In this document: positions 1 through 13,709 of the stretch, one piece after another
How the letters are laid out: the number at the start of each line of letters is the position of its first letter
Position numbering within the stretch: position 1 is the first letter of the stretch
Origin: Lepidodermella squamata
Lineage: Eukaryota; Animalia; Gastrotricha
Direction of reading: 5' to 3'
DNA: 64,000 nt
Assembly: GCA_047495785.1 (NCBI GenBank)
Contig: JBLDXI010000009.1
Span: forward strand, 2,294,001-2,358,000
Translations under genes and position numbers: made by a program
The notes under the pieces: generated by a model
Told to the model about the DNA's origin: nothing
The model's database searches: none
What the model saw: the letters and a program-made list of their open reading frames with translations, nothing else

Positions 1-1844
1 TGCCACCATTGGTGGGCTCGGTGATGTTTGCAACATGTGGAGCGATGCGCCGCAAACAACATGCGGGTCAGGGCTTACCTGCTGTAAGAACTTGAATTAT
101 ATAATTGCCTCGCTAAGATTTTTTTCATCGATTAGTCAAATGTCCCGAATCATACAAGAGTTCAGTCGTCCAGGCTAAATGTGTTTGTAAGTGCTTTATG
201 AATTAACAAAAGATGTTTCATTCACGAATAAATTTTCAGCCTACGATTTGCCATCGAATAACTGCCCAAGTGGGACTCGAACTTGTGGTTTCAACGCGGC
301 TTGTAAAGTTATTGGGGGAGTTCCTGTTTGCATGTGCACAAAAGCTGGCCATATTCTCGACAGCAACTTGGTATTTTTACCTTGTCACACGGAGTTTCAT
401 TACTCTATTATGCCTTATCGACAGATTGATTGCTACGGATGGACAGAAACTAAAGGCTCGTGCAATGCGACATGTGGAGCTGGTTTTTATGAAGTCACCC
501 GAACTTGCGAAAAGGCGAGTGGATCAAAAGCTGTGTGTCCGGGGCCTTCATCCTTTACCGTCGCCTGTTCAACCGGTGTTGAATGCCCACGTAATCTAAC
601 TTTTTATCGCATAACTGTGGGCTTTATTATTCATCAAAAACAGTGCCGAAGGAGCAGCTTTCTAAATCTGTTTTCCTGGAGGTCGTCACGAAAGTCATCA
701 CAGTTGATCTATTTGATAAATATTTGGAATCACCAGTGAGACGCGTAATCGCATCTGGCTTGACGACGAACTGCGTCAAAAACTCAACCGCGTTTGAAAA
801 TCAATGCTGCCCTGGAAAAGTGTGGGCTGCGGGTATCACAGATACTGACTGCATAGGCGTCTCCAATGTTCAGCTGATAAACAAGTTCTACGATGGTGGC
901 AGACTCAAATTCTACATTAGCGCGCAAAACAGCGGAACCAGCAAATGCTGCTCGAACGCTGCGGCGAAAATGTCACGCCGAAAACGAGCGACGTCAGTCG
1001 ATATCGACCAGTCTACTCTCGCCTCTGTTGTTTCGAGTCAATCAGTGTAAGTATCGATCAAATTGTTTGAACTCAATTTCATGACATCATTTTCCCCAGC
1101 GTTAATGATATCACCGGTGAAGTACAAAAAGTGGACCCCGATGGCAAGGTTCCTGGAAGCTCTATCATTATAGCCTCCGCGGTCACAACTGCCTCTCCGT
1201 CCACTGCTGCAGCGGCTGGGGCTAACTCAGGGGCTAATTCGGGATCTGGGGCTTCGACTACTAATGCTGCGTCAGCCGTCACAGCTCAGGCTGTTGGTAG
1301 TAGTGGTTCCTCATCGGTAACCGTTTCCCCCATTTTTTGCATCTTGTATTTACACATCTTCAATTTCAGTCCTCAAGTGGCGGATTGGAAGGGTGGGTTA
1401 TTGGTGTTATTGGTGGAGTAATTGGTCTTGTCGTGGTTGGGGCTGTAGTCGGAGTGATCGTTTTCTGCATCATCAAGAAAAAGTAACCAGGCTTTAATAC
1501 AGCCTTTTTGGCCATTATTACATTTTTCTCTCAGGAATTCTGGTAAGGTGGCAAATGCATCAGATCCACCAACCCCTTATGACCATATCCAAGAAAGTAC
1601 TGAGAATCACAAAATAGCGTCAGCCCGACCTACTACAGTCGTGCGACCGGGAACAGTTGTCCAGCCTGAATCTGGTCTCAGGCCAAGCACCCGAGCTTTT
1701 CCTCGATCTGCTAGGCCGGATGATCATATTGCACCTGGCGGCGAACCACCAAATCCAAACGACCCGAATTATCCTGCCTACTTCGGCAGATATCCGTCTG
1801 CCAAGCCTGAAGCTTTGGCACCACAGTCAGTGCATGGACATTGA
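1..1844 (+). CDS. Array gene A (5'-truncated by window edge): Cys module + EGF-like + TSP1 + SEA-like domain (RRKR) + S/A/T linker + Gly-rich TM + Tyr-motif tail
   Basis: Hand-spliced exons ~1-83, 136-186, 240-370, 425-590, 644-1046, 1100-1316, 1370-1481, 1535-1844 with GT..AG introns. EGF-like CGFNAACKVIGGVPVCMC, TSP1-like GW..CNATCGAG..R.C..C..C..C, TM GWVIGVIGGVIGLVVVGAVVGVIVFCII-KKK, tail ..PNYPAYFGRYP..LAPQSVHGH. Paralogous to genes B, C and D. Confidence 0.85.
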
Positions 1845-2184
1845 CACTAGATCAAGTTCAGTTCATATTGCGAGAATTCTTAATTCTATTCTTTCCTATC
1901 TTTCATAATCAGCTGATGCCGCTTTTCTATTAATTCATTCTTTTGTTGATCTCTATATTCAGCGTTATGAAGTAAAACAAAAAACGTTGCTTCGATCGAT
2001 TGCTGAGTTTTTTCTCATCGATATGGGTCACACCTTCACCTAGAACGGTTTGGCGCGTTGCTTCGCGTCAGCGATAAGGCTGGTAAACAGTGGTGCCGCA
2101 GCTTGCATAATGAAGTTTTGCAGTTCTCTCTAAAATCTAGGGGACATTTAATCGAGTCATTTTCTATCTCATGGAATTTTCGAG

Positions 2185-5100
2185 ATGAAAGTAACGTTGA
2201 AGATACTTTTCCTGCTTTTTAATTCGTTAGCTGTCATCGGTAAGCAGACTAAAGTCTGATAAACCCTATCACCAGAGATCACATTTTTTTAAACAGGTCA
2301 AGAGACAACAACTGTAGACTCCTCGGCGTTGATAGTTTGCCAGTACAATGACTGCACGGGGAAAGTCTTTCTCTCCTTCTCAGGCGGATATTTTCTTCAG
2401 CATTGCATGACCGCTGACGATACCATTCAGACTTGCGATACATCGACTGCAACCTTCGTTCCGCTGACAGATGCCAGCTTACCGAGCATAGCCTGCAAAG
2501 GAGATTACAAGTTCACCGTTCTCAGCACGGATTACTGGCTCGATGTCTATGACTTCAAGCGCTTTGATGGCACTGTCTGGGCAACTGTTGACTTGGGAGA
2601 GGCTTTCCACAACTATTTGTCGCGGCTGCGCGAGAATGAAGGTAAAATTATTTGATCAATTCACATCAAACTCAAAAATATTGCCTGATGTCAAGGAACT
2701 GGCTCATTTTACTGCAGCGCTCTAGTCAGCTCTACGCCTATAACCAGTACGACTGAGCTGAGTTACGAGAATGAAGTAGCTTGGTTCTACAATGGAAGTT
2801 ACTATGACATCGGGACTGACTCCACTGGTAACTTGGTCCAGCAGCCACAAGCTGTTGTGCAGCGTTTCTTGTACACCTACCCATACATCTCGCGAGACAT
2901 TGACCCCGCATGCGAATCCTCGGTGTGCTGCTGGTTCCAGGATGATATGCAGATCCTCTACAACGGGGAGTATCAAAATGTGCCTGCGGACTTTGTCTAC
3001 AATGGGACTAAGTGGCTAGTATGGGATAACGACCAATATAACCTGTATACAGGGGTATTCAATTGGGGGTAATTTGTATTTTCGATTTATTTCGGCGTTC
3101 ACAATTGAATTTCACAATAGGATTCTCGAGTGTTCCAACCACCTCTCGAACCTGGAGGTCTCAGATTCTGACGGGACTAAATACAAATTTATCAACGCAA
3201 CTCTGTGGGTTTTGGATAGCTCAGGAGAGCCAATCACTCTGGCGGCTCATGACATCCCATATTGGAACCTCGTCGACAGTGATTCGAGCGCTACCGGTGG
3301 CTATTACTACACACCAGATGAAGCGTCACCTGTAACCATGTGGAAAAATCACAGGTTTGTTCAACAAGCAGAAATGTTTAGACATTAAAGTAAAACCTTT
3401 CTCCCCAGTGGGATTTACTCTGTTTCGATTATCGATGGAGATTACGATTTCAAAGTGACAGACCAAACTACGGTAGCAATGACAGATGGTACAACTATCG
3501 GTGGAGATGAGACCTCGGCAGCTACAACAGCGAATGCAGCCACCACTGAGCCTGATTCAACCAGTACCCAATCCACATCTGAGCCTGATTCAACCAGTAC
3601 CCAAGCCACTACTGAGCCTGATTCAACCAGTACCCAAGCCACTACTGAGCCTGATTCAACCAGTACCCAAGCCACCAACCAGCCTGATTCAACCAGCACC
3701 CAAGTTACTACGCAGACAACGACACAGCCCAGTTCAAACACTGTCGCAACAGCAGCGACGACTACGACTCAGAGCAGCGCCACCTCCACAGTAACAGCCA
3801 CCACAGCAGCCCCTACTGCAACCACCCAGCCTTCTGAAACATCATCGACGGCAACCCAGGCCCAGACGACTCAGCCTACTACAACATCAAGTAGCACAAC
3901 TACCACTACTACCCCCACAACTACGACCACCCCAACAACAACTTCTACGACTACTACGACCACATCAACAACAACCACGACCACGACTACAACTACAACT
4001 ACTACTACACCACTGACGCCCCCTCCTTGCGTTTATGATGAAATGGATTTGGACCAGCCGAAAGATGCCGTATGCGCTGCACAGGCTGATGCGAACAAAG
4101 TCACTGGGATAACACTGTGCGATCCAAAAGATACAGAAGACGTTTGTGGACAGTATTACTACTGTTGGACGGTTCCCGACATTTTTGAAATGACGTGCTC
4201 TATGGGCATATGCCTTCCTGGTAAGCCACAATTCTCAATGACGAAATGATACTATTCTTAGTTTTTTTCTGAAAGCTTATGCAACTTTTTGCCCTGGGTT
4301 TTCGAATTCTTCGACAACGACTCAAGCTTCATCACTAGCGCGCAAACGTTCGATATTCAATTTTTGATTCAGCAATTTTAGTAATAACCTTTTCCTTTTC
4401 AGCATACAATTCGGCTTGCTCCTCGGACACCGAATGCTACACAGGGCGTTGCGATGGTGGGAAATGCTTATGTTCCTCTTGCACAAAGCTCCTCGCGGAG
4501 ATTGCATTCGATAAAATTCGAGGGGTTCCTTACTACCGCGAAAGATGCATTCGTATGTTCTCGTCTGTTTTGATTACCAGGGAATTAATCATTTATTTAA
4601 CAGCATCAAATAGCACGATTAATGAAGTTGGCGACACCTGCGATATGTTGAGCGATTCTCCGGCCAGCGCTTGCCAAACAGGCGCTACTTGCAGTTAGTT
4701 GAATGGTTTCCGTTTTGAATTTTCAAGCTGGAATATTTTTCTTGCAGTGAAGTGCCCGGAAGCATGGAAAAGTTCTGTCTTACCAGCAAAGTGCACAGGT
4801 ATATTGTCCTTTACCATTTTTTGATGTATTATCAGTTGTGAATTTCAGCTCTGAAAATCACAACGGCGGCCTGTTCCACTAATTCTTGCGGCTATCAGGC
4901 AGGGTGCAAAATGGTTGATGGAATATCTTTATGCACATGTACCAAGTCAGAATATTCTCTGGAATCAAATAAGGTGAGTTGATGATGATGATGCTGATGA
5001 ACCTCCTTATCCTGTTGCTTCACTAGATTGACTGCTACGGCTGGAATATTGTCAATCAAACAGAATGCAACGCAACGTGTGGCACTGGGTATTATCAAAT

Positions 5101-6388
5101 TACTCGAGTTTGCGATAAGAAATCCGGATCTAGCGCTGAGTGTGATGGCGACACTGTCATCTATGTCCCCTGCTCCGCAAGTGTTGAATGCCCCGGTAAG
5201 TGTTCCTCGATCCAGCTTTGATCTCCATAAACGATTTCAATCTTAGTACCGGCTGAGAAAAAATCGTCCGTAGTTTTGGTTGAAATTGAATCCAGAGTTA
5301 TCACGATTGAAATATTCGAGGAGTACCTCGAAAGCACCATCAAGTCTCTGATGGCATCTGCTCTGTCGACTAAATGCACGAATGACAGTGCCATGTTTGA
5401 GGGGCAGTGTTGCCCTGGCAAAGCCTGGTCTGCGGCTGTAGCTAAATACTCGGACTGTGTCAGCCAAACCGACGGTATCGAAATAATCAACAAATACTCA
5501 ACCGGCGAGAAGTTCAGATTCTACTTCAGCGCAAAAGGCGATCCAGCAAGCCAATGCTGCTCAACGGCGAGCGCAAAAACTCGACGAAAGAGAGCTGCTG
5601 ACTTTGATCAAAGCTCTTTAGCCTATATTATGGCGTCTTCGGGCGTGTAAGTGTATCCTAATCCAGCGTGACTAGACTTCACCCTTTGTCTTTGTACAGG
5701 CTCAATTCGTTTCAAACGGCGGTCCAAACTGTCGACCCTGATAGCACGTTGTCAGTTCCAGCAGCGACTACGACTACCGCGGCAACCACAACCACGGCAG
5801 CTTTAGCAGCGGGCGCGGCCACAAGCTCTGCAAGTGGAGGATCAGCAACTTCTTCTGTTTCCGCAACAACTACAACTACTGGCGTAGTTTCCGTCGCCCC
5901 TCAACAATCAGGTGGTAGTTCATCATCTTCGGTAAGACTTGCAACCAAAATAATTTGTAGCCGTTCCTTACCTTAATTTTCCCAAGTCTTCGGATGGCAA
6001 TGGAGCTCTCATTGGTGGTGTCGTTGGAGGAGTTCTAGGTGCCGCAGCGATTGGTGGAATCATCGGCGGCGTCGTTTATTTCATGAAAAAGAAGTAAGTT
6101 TCAAGCTAAAAATTACCCTTGAGTCACAATTATTCCTTTTTTATCAGGAATTCACCCAAAATATCGGATAGCAATAGGCCACCTAATCAAATCGCCACAC
6201 AGCGTATTTCTGAGGATACGATGATTAGAGGCCCCGCTCATGTCCCCATGGACCAAGATTCTCCTCGATTTATTCATGCGAATGTTGTGACGACGAAAGG
6301 GCCCCACCCAGAGTATCCATCTTATTACGGCCGTTACACTCAAGTTGGACCCAACAAGTCATTGGCCCCGACGCAGCCCTACGGCTAA
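2185..6388 (+). CDS. Array gene B: type I membrane mucin-like protein (signal peptide, unrecognised aromatic/Cys N-terminal domain, Thr-rich mucin, Cys modules, EGF-like, TSP1, SEA-like with RRKR, TM, Tyr tail)
   Basis: ATG 2185 gives MKVTLKILFLLFNSLAVIG (signal-peptide-like). ORFs 2329-2655, 2833-3072, 3074-3388, 3455-4249, 5276-5650, 5668-5976 and 6119-6388 join through short introns. TM ALIGGVVGGVLGAAAIGGIIGGVVYFM-KKK; tail PEYPSYYGRY..LAPTQPYG. Confidence 0.85.
3545..3709 (+). repeat. 33-bp coding tandem repeat x5 encoding (TEPDSTSTQAT)n mucin
   Basis: Unit actgagcctgattcaaccagtacccaagccact repeated about five times with few substitutions, followed by ACN-codon poly-Thr to ~4010. Confidence 0.9.
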
Positions 6389-7742
6389 TGAGAGCCTTGA
6401 AGGCGATGTGATCTTTCCGATGTAAAGAGATGACAGATCATTCTGAATGATTTACCAATATATCTTGCGGCAATCTCTTCTGGCTATAGCTTTACTCAAG
6501 ATATTCGCCCGGTGTTATTTTTGTTGCACTTTCTGAGTGTAAAAAGACTAATATAAGCTGACTCTTTTCTGCAGTGACATTTTCGAATAAATAATTTTTG
6601 TTCGGCATGTTTTGATTTGGCATGTTTCGAAGTATTATATCTTGCATTCGCATGTTGAAAAATACGACCAGGTGTTATCGAGACGAATTTCGACCCTCAG
6701 ACCGTCTGATTATTCGCAATTCGCAGGGTATATTTTTAAGCTCATGTATTATGCATGCTGCTCTATTTATTGGAATTTCTACATCGCATTCGTGACTCGT
6801 GACCTATTATTGTGTATCGCCTCCAGAATAAAATGCGGTATTAATGCTCTATCGGTGTTTGGAAATTCGATCGAATTGTCATTAATGTTAAAAACAAGTG
6901 GTATTGCCTTATCATTCAATTATCGAAATCGAAACGATTTTCAGGCCATGGGAAGGAGGATACAATTGAGAGGACTCATTGCCGAAAGGCTAAGCTAATT
7001 ATAACACTCGAGTTTGTGACCCATTGGCGCATCCTACAGCTAAAGGATTAGTTATCAGTTAGTTGCTGAACGCTACATAGATTCAAGTCAAATACTTATT
7101 TATTATTTTTTACTTCGTTGAGCTTAATCATGCCAGGTTATCGTCTATATTCATTGCTCAGGTGGATACTAACACTTATACCTCTAACTAATCCTTCTCC
7201 ATTTGCTGGTGCTTATGATTAAGATAAAGATATGATGCAGATGAGGGTTTCGATTTTTCGATAATTCGCTGGGAGATACATATTACGTCAGCAGGAGTTA
7301 TTTGATGAACATCCAAGTCTGTTGCTAATCAAACGTGGACCCGGCAACCCGGTGCATGTTGGATAAAGTTGGCGGTGCACCCATGCAGATCGCAATCACC
7401 CACGTGTAACATCGCATTTCCTGGCTACTCTCGCCTCAGCTGCTCTTCAAACTGTGCATCGACAATATCGCACCTGCGAACAACGCAAACAAGCCGTAGA
7501 GGTCCCTTATCGATAGTTCTTTATCGATCGTATGATCTTTCCAGAACAATGAATCATAATTTGTTTGGTGGAGGTGAAATAATGATTAAATTTGATTCTG
7601 GCATATTATACCTCACCGAAAGCTTATTGCTCTGTGCGTAGCAATGAAACGACCCACCAAGGGAAAGATAAAATATTCTGAAAGCGAGCCATAAATTTGC
7701 TTTTATTGATTCTCACCAAAGACAATTTATTGCCGATATCTG

Positions 7743-8403
7743 ATGGCTTCTTCTCTAACAAGCACCAAATCATTCAACTCCACAACGTTGGTTAGGAAAA
7801 ACTCTTTATTTTAGCTTGAAATAACGCTGATTTTATATATTTTATTAGCCCTCATCGAATAATAATCAAAACAGCGATTCTCAAATCGGGGCGATCATTG
7901 GAGGAACGATCGGGGGAATTGTCTTTATAATTCTTGCTGTTGGGTTAATTACTTACGCGATTTCATGGAAATCGTAAGTCAAAGGTCTTATATATTAACT
8001 CATTAAGAAAATTAATCAAAATTGCAGTAAGAGGCGAAAGGTAGCTGCTGGACAAACTGCTAAAAAGATGTTTGCAATCAAAGCGTTGGTTGCGGCTTCC
8101 AGACCAACTCGTCCAACTGCAGCTCGAATCGGCACGAGACCAGCAACGAGACCCATCATAGATCTACCGCAACCTCACTTTGAGTCGTCAGAACAACACG
8201 GAAACCCAAACAAAATGAAAGCTGCAACTCGTGTAATCATGCTTGGAAGCTCAATAACCTCGCGACCGGGTCAAGGTGTTGCTAACTACCCTCCGTCATC
8301 CGAACACCTGTTTCACGGTGGGAGCCAGACTCACTTCAATCCGTATTCCCAACCTGCTTTCGTCGAGCCAGTTTATGCTTCAGCGCCACCTTATGGTAGA
8401 TAG
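7743..8403 (+). CDS. Array mini-gene E: ectodomain-less TM + tail paralog (or alternative 3' exon pair of gene B)
   Basis: Exons 7743-7790 (MASSLTSTKSFNSTTL), 7849-7973 (PSSNNNQNSDSQIGAIIGGTIGGIVFIILAVGLITYAISWKS) and 8028-8403 (KRRKVAAG..RPTRPT..NYPP..PPYGR) are in phase. TM exon has the same phase 0/phase 2 borders as in genes A-D. AATAAA at ~8559. Confidence 0.65.
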
Positions 8404-8894
8404 GCCTCTTTATTTTTGCATCCATCTAGCGTTCTAGAATCCACCTAGAAGGCTCATATGCGATGTTTCCATGTTTCCATGTTTCGTATTCCCGATGTCC
8501 ACAGCGACTTTTTATACTCTCTACTTATTGTTATACAGACGAATAGTAATTACTTATTAATAAAATCATTCTTTCAGATGGAAGATGGCGTTGTTTGAGC
8601 CATTCTTCCACTATTTTTCTTTCAAGCGATCTCAGCCAACGGCTGTAGTCGCCCTGGCAGCTCTGTAAAATCAGCCAGAAAAAACCACTTGTTTATGTAT
8701 CGGAATTCGTTGAACGCGGTATGCTTACTTACGCTGCCTAGCAAATCATCATCGACAATATGAATTATTCAGCGGCTACAAGAAGAGGATTTCACCCTCT
8801 TGAAGGGTGTAGCACTTTTACGGCAAACAATTTCTCGGTTGTGTAAAATAATTTATTCTTAGCAGTGAAATCTAGCACGAGATCAGCAAATGAC

Positions 8895-11800
8895 ATGACG
8901 AAGGTAAGCCTCTCAAAGTCAGCATGGTTCTTCTGTTAAAGGCCTTCGTATAGGGAACATACAGAATCCTAATATCATGCGCCTTACTGAGCGCAATGAT
9001 ATCTTTGATTTACGGTGGGTAATTACGCTAACAGCTTTGATACGGTAAAACTGAGTTTCAACTCATTCAGGTCAAAATAATGTTACAACATCAGCTAACG
9101 CGACGGCATCGGCTACTACTACGTTAGCCGCGACCACAGTCAAGTCGAATACTAGTAAAAATCTTCACAACATGGATATATTTCTTTTTAAATTGTAAAT
9201 CTCAGCAAATACCAATGCAACTTCAAGCTCGGCTTCAAACTCTACGTCCACGAGTTCGAATTCCACATCCTCAAATGCTGCAAGCTCGAACAGTTCTGCC
9301 ACTGCAGCTGCAGGTAATTACTGCGAATGATAATTTAATGATCTATCAGATTCTCCCTCTTTCTTAGCTAACGCTGGTGAGTTGACGGCTAGCGAGTATG
9401 ATTTTTATACCTTATTTTCTGTTGAAAGCAACGACTGCAGCTACAACTGCGGCTGCGGCTGCAACTACAGCTGCGGCTGCGACTACAGCTGCAGCTGCTG
9501 CTACAACAACAGTCGCAGCAACGACACAAGCCGCGACTACAACAACAGCAGCGACAACTACAACTACAGGTTGATGGGTCTCACGTTGATTGCTATACTT
9601 ACCGAAGATTATTTTACCAATAGCTTCATCGTCAGATGGCACCCCTGTGAAGCCAACAAAGGTATACTGCGGCAACACAACATACTGCAATGGGACAGGA
9701 TTCACTGACAGCTTGGGCACAATTTATTGCATTACCAGTGATCTTCAGATACAAGAATGTGATCCTGATACAGAAGATTTCGATCCGGTTGCTGCGGGCG
9801 CCTTGGCATACTTGCCATGTTTTGGAAATTTCACATTCACTGTTTTGAGCACCAAGTTTTGGCTGAAAGACATCTACCTGCTCAAACACAATGGGGTGAA
9901 ATACGTCTATACTACCTGGCCGTCTTTGGATTCAATGACCAGGTACTTGTCGCGATTGAGGCAAAATGAAGGCTCGGGGTGGTTCTATTGCGCCGCTTCG
10001 GTTTACACAAAGCTTAATAACGGCACATACACATCAACGAAAACCGTTGCTTTCTACTACAACGCAACGAACTATTACGATGTAAAAGTCAACGCTTCGG
10101 GTTACTTGACGTTGGCTACTCAGGAAACTAAACAATCAGCGCTGTACACTGTCCCATTCGTCACCAAGGACATCGACGGTTGTGCCTCGACAGTCTGTTG
10201 CTGGTTCCAAGATACTTACAATGTTTCTAGTACCGAGAAAGGCGTCACTGATTTCGTGTTTAATGGCACGAAGTGGACTTACTACGTTAGCAACGCCTAT
10301 ACCGTCTACACGGGTGATTTTAACTGGGGGTAAGGATGCATTCCGTTAACTTGGATTAGCTTAGATTTTGGATATAATTTTTTATTCAGGATTGCGAGCT
10401 GCGCTGCTTATTTGTCTAATTTCGCTTACAAAATGGCAAATGGTACCAAATACAAGTTTGAAAATGGATCTGTTTATCAGACAACCAGCAGTGGAGCCGT
10501 AACAGGGCCTGCTAGAGTTGATACTAAGCACGATGAACTGATCGACTCCGATCCTTTAGCCAGTGGAGGCTATTACTTCACTTTGCCATCAAGTACCTGG
10601 GGCATGTTCAGAAATCAGAGCGGCAATTACAGCAGCACTGTCAAGAACGGAGACTTCTCCTTGAGCAAAGTTCCTCCCAGTTGTACCGAGGGTGGTAAAA
10701 GGCTGTGGCAGAACGCGTCTCCAAGATGTACGGCGTCCACCGATGTGATCAGGTTGACGAGAAACATACCTTGTGATCTTCAAGAATCTCCTAGTATCTG
10801 TGGGACTGGTTACAAGTGCATACCTATACCCACGGTGTTTAGCATATCATGCAGCATGGGCTTTTGCATGCCTGGTAAGCTACGAAATTTCGCTAACCTC
10901 TGATAATCGGAACTATGTATAGATTATGAAAAATGCACGCCAACGACTACAACTTCTACTACAACTACTAGTACAACAACAAGCACCACCACCACTACCG
11001 CGCCTACGACCACAACAGCAGCTACGACAACAGGAGTAACAACAACTGCTGGCACGACGGCAGCCCCCACGACAACCCGTCCGACAATTACCGGCTTGCA
11101 AAGTGAGTTTTTGTATGGTTTCATGTTGCTGGCTCAACCAAAACCTGACTATCATAGAATATGGGTCATATTGCTACGTTAATTCTGACTGCTTCACCGG
11201 CCTTTGCGTCAACAACACCTGTTCTTGCTCTTCGTGCTCTCAAATTCTTGCTGGTTTCGACTACGATTACACGAAATCGTCGCTGTACTACGTCGAACGA
11301 TGCATCCGTAATGACTTTATCTTTACTTCGGGAATTCATTTTAAATTTTTCATAACAGCGAGTAACAGCACAATTGGTGGTCTGGGTGACACTTGCGATC
11401 TCTGGGCCGATATGAAATCAAAAGCCTGTGGCAATGGGCTTGTTTGTGGTATGTGCGTCATAAATTCTTGGTTATCGTGGTTCAAGTTTGTTGTTACTTA
11501 AGCTAAATGCCCGGAAGCGTGGAAGAGCTCAGTTACCCCAGCGAAATGCGTTTGTAAGTTCTTAACAAGGGTAATGTGCCTATCTTCGAAACCGATTTAC
11601 TATAGCTCTGAACATCTCTTCATCTTCATCATCGGAAACTTGTCCATCGACTTATTCCTGTGGATACAAGGCTACATGTAAAATGATTGGTGGAGTACCC
11701 GCATGCACTTGCACTTCTGCCGGATACGCACTTGAGTCGAACGGTGTTGATTGCTACGGCTGGAGCATTACCAGCCAAACCACTTGCGGAGTCACCTGTG

Positions 11801-13326
11801 GCAACGGAGCGATAACAATTAATCGAGTTTGCGACAAAAAGAACTCGTCCACCGCTGTTTGTTCGGGCAATACTACCCTTACCCAGTCTTGCAAAGCTGC
11901 ATCTGCCTGCCCTCGTAATATAGTAAACCTTCTTGAGATCCCTAATAATTATTTTTGATTAATCACAGTACCGGCCGAAGCTTTGCCTGCTTGTGTGCTC
12001 ATTGAAATCACCTCCAAAGTGATCACTGTCGACATTTTCGAAGGTTACATCGAGTCGCCCATCAAAACTCAAGTAGTTACAAGTCTTAACTCAAAGTGTA
12101 TCAACGACAGTTCAACCTTTGAGGGGCAGTGCTGTGTAGGGAAGGCTTACTCTTCTAGCATTACAGCCACAGACTGCATCAATCCTACAACTGGAGTCAC
12201 ATTTCTGAACAAATTCAGGTGAGATTAGTGGAGACAGTGTAGCGATTTCTAAGATGTATTTATCAGCACTGGAGAGAAGTTCCAGTTTTACATGATGGCT
12301 ACAGGCGACAAAACCAGTGATTGCTGTTCAAAAGCATCGGCCAAATCAAGTCGCAAAAAGCGAGCTGCATCAAGTGGAGCTTTTGATCAAAGCATTTTGG
12401 CTGCTATCGTCTCCGGAACTACTGTGTACGAAAGGAGTATTGCGATATTACTATAATTTTTGTGAAATATTTTTCATTAGGATGGACGCGATCAAAACAG
12501 CGGTGAAAAATGTAAGAGCCTGCCGAATCGAATTATTGTTATGATTATCGAGCAATTCTGTGATAGGTCGATCCTAGCGCTGTTATTCCAGCTGATGCTG
12601 TTTCTATTGCAACAACTACAACAACGACTACCACTGCGGCAACAACCTCGAGCAGTTCTGGTTCTGGATCCGCTGTGGCAGCGGCTGTTGCGGTAATTTA
12701 GAAACTGCCTCACTGAAGCATTTTAACTAATTGCGACTTCCTTTATTATAGACAGCTGCTCTGGCTGTGTGGGTGTACTACGCAATTGGAGGTGGCTTAG
12801 GCGGATTGGCGTTGATAATCATTGTTGTCGTGATTATTGTGGTGATGCAGAAAAAGTACGATTTCTCGCAAATTATATCTCCCACCTTAATTTGTGCCTT
12901 TTCAGGAAAAATGCAGCTACCAAAGTTGCAGCATTCCCACAGGACCCGAATGATCCCGGTGTTCGACCCATGGTCAATTTACAAGTACAGCAGGGTGGCC
13001 CAGCAATGGCTCATGGTCACCTAGAACCAGTCGCTGGCTACAACCAAAGCGCCGTTGGCTACCATCAACCCCAAAACGGAGGGTATGGTGAAAATGCTGC
13101 CTACGGGGGTCAAGATGCAGCCAATGCGTACCCTCAGCAAGGCACGTATGATCAAGCAGCTTTCGACTACGCCAGCTACTACGGTCAACAGGCTGCCTAT
13201 GACCCTAATGCTGCAGCTGCTTACGGGCATGCGGGTGCCGCCCCTGATTACCCACCATATTACGGCCATTATCCGCAAGCTGCGGATGTACAAGCGATTG
13301 CTCCTCAGCCAGCTCATGGCTATTGA
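8895..13326 (+). CDS. Array gene C: type I membrane mucin-like protein, same architecture as gene B
   Basis: Spliced start MTK|GTYRILISCALLSAMISLIYG|QNNVTT (signal peptide), several small S/T/A exons, ORFs 9590-10333, 10412-10903, 11103-11501, 11683-11958, 11983-12222, RKKR at 12352-12363, TM VWVYYAIGGGLGGLALIIIVVVIIVVM-QKK, tail 12906-13326 ..PDYPPYYGHYP..IAPQPAHGY. AATAAA at 13491. Confidence 0.85.
9430..9570 (+). repeat. Low-complexity coding repeat (Thr/Ala mucin tract of gene C)
   Basis: Repeating acgact/gcagct/gcggct codon pairs encoding TTAATTAAAAATTAAAATT. Confidence 0.75.
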
Positions 13327-13709
13327 AAGGAGTATCCATTATATCAAACCTAGTCCCATTTTATTATCCCGATTGGCTGAATAGCCCGTGATTATTAAGG
13401 CTGACTTGCATACACCATTGCAATATTTTGCGGTCCTTGACCTTTCTTTGCAGTAATATTTTTTTCTGTTTAAACTGTGCTGTGAATTACAATAAAATGT
13501 GATAACTCAAACTTGGTATAATCTTCTTATTTACGACTTCTTATGTATGGAAAAACCTGCTAACAAACAACTTATATTGGCGGTGTTTGTTTGAAACGTG
13601 TTTGTTTTGAGGTTTTCATTTCTGCTGTCACGTCGTCGCAAACAAGTAAACTCAGTGGCTGCAATGAATACTGCGAAATTATGATAAATTCCTATATATC
13701 TAATATACG

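Noticed and set aside
3545-3709. 33-bp direct repeats as a CRISPR-like array
   Set aside because: No unique spacers, in-frame coding repeat, eukaryotic context, no cas genes.
3442-3794. Val-rich antisense ORF and LSLIQPVPKP repeat ORF
   Set aside because: Antisense and alternative-frame shadows of the 33-bp mucin repeat.
8578-8760. TTTCAG-ATG followed by MEDGVV*AILPLFFFQAISA, a signal-peptide-like frame with an in-frame TGA (readthrough or selenocysteine?)
   Set aside because: Gene C has a clean spliced signal peptide from 8895. There is no SECIS or conservation evidence, so this is likely chance or a decayed exon.
9382-9708. Cys-rich ORF (CSYNCGCGCNYSCGCDYSCSCC) resembling a metallothionein
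   Set aside because: It is a shifted frame of the Thr/Ala mucin repeat of gene C; splice phases support the T/A frame.
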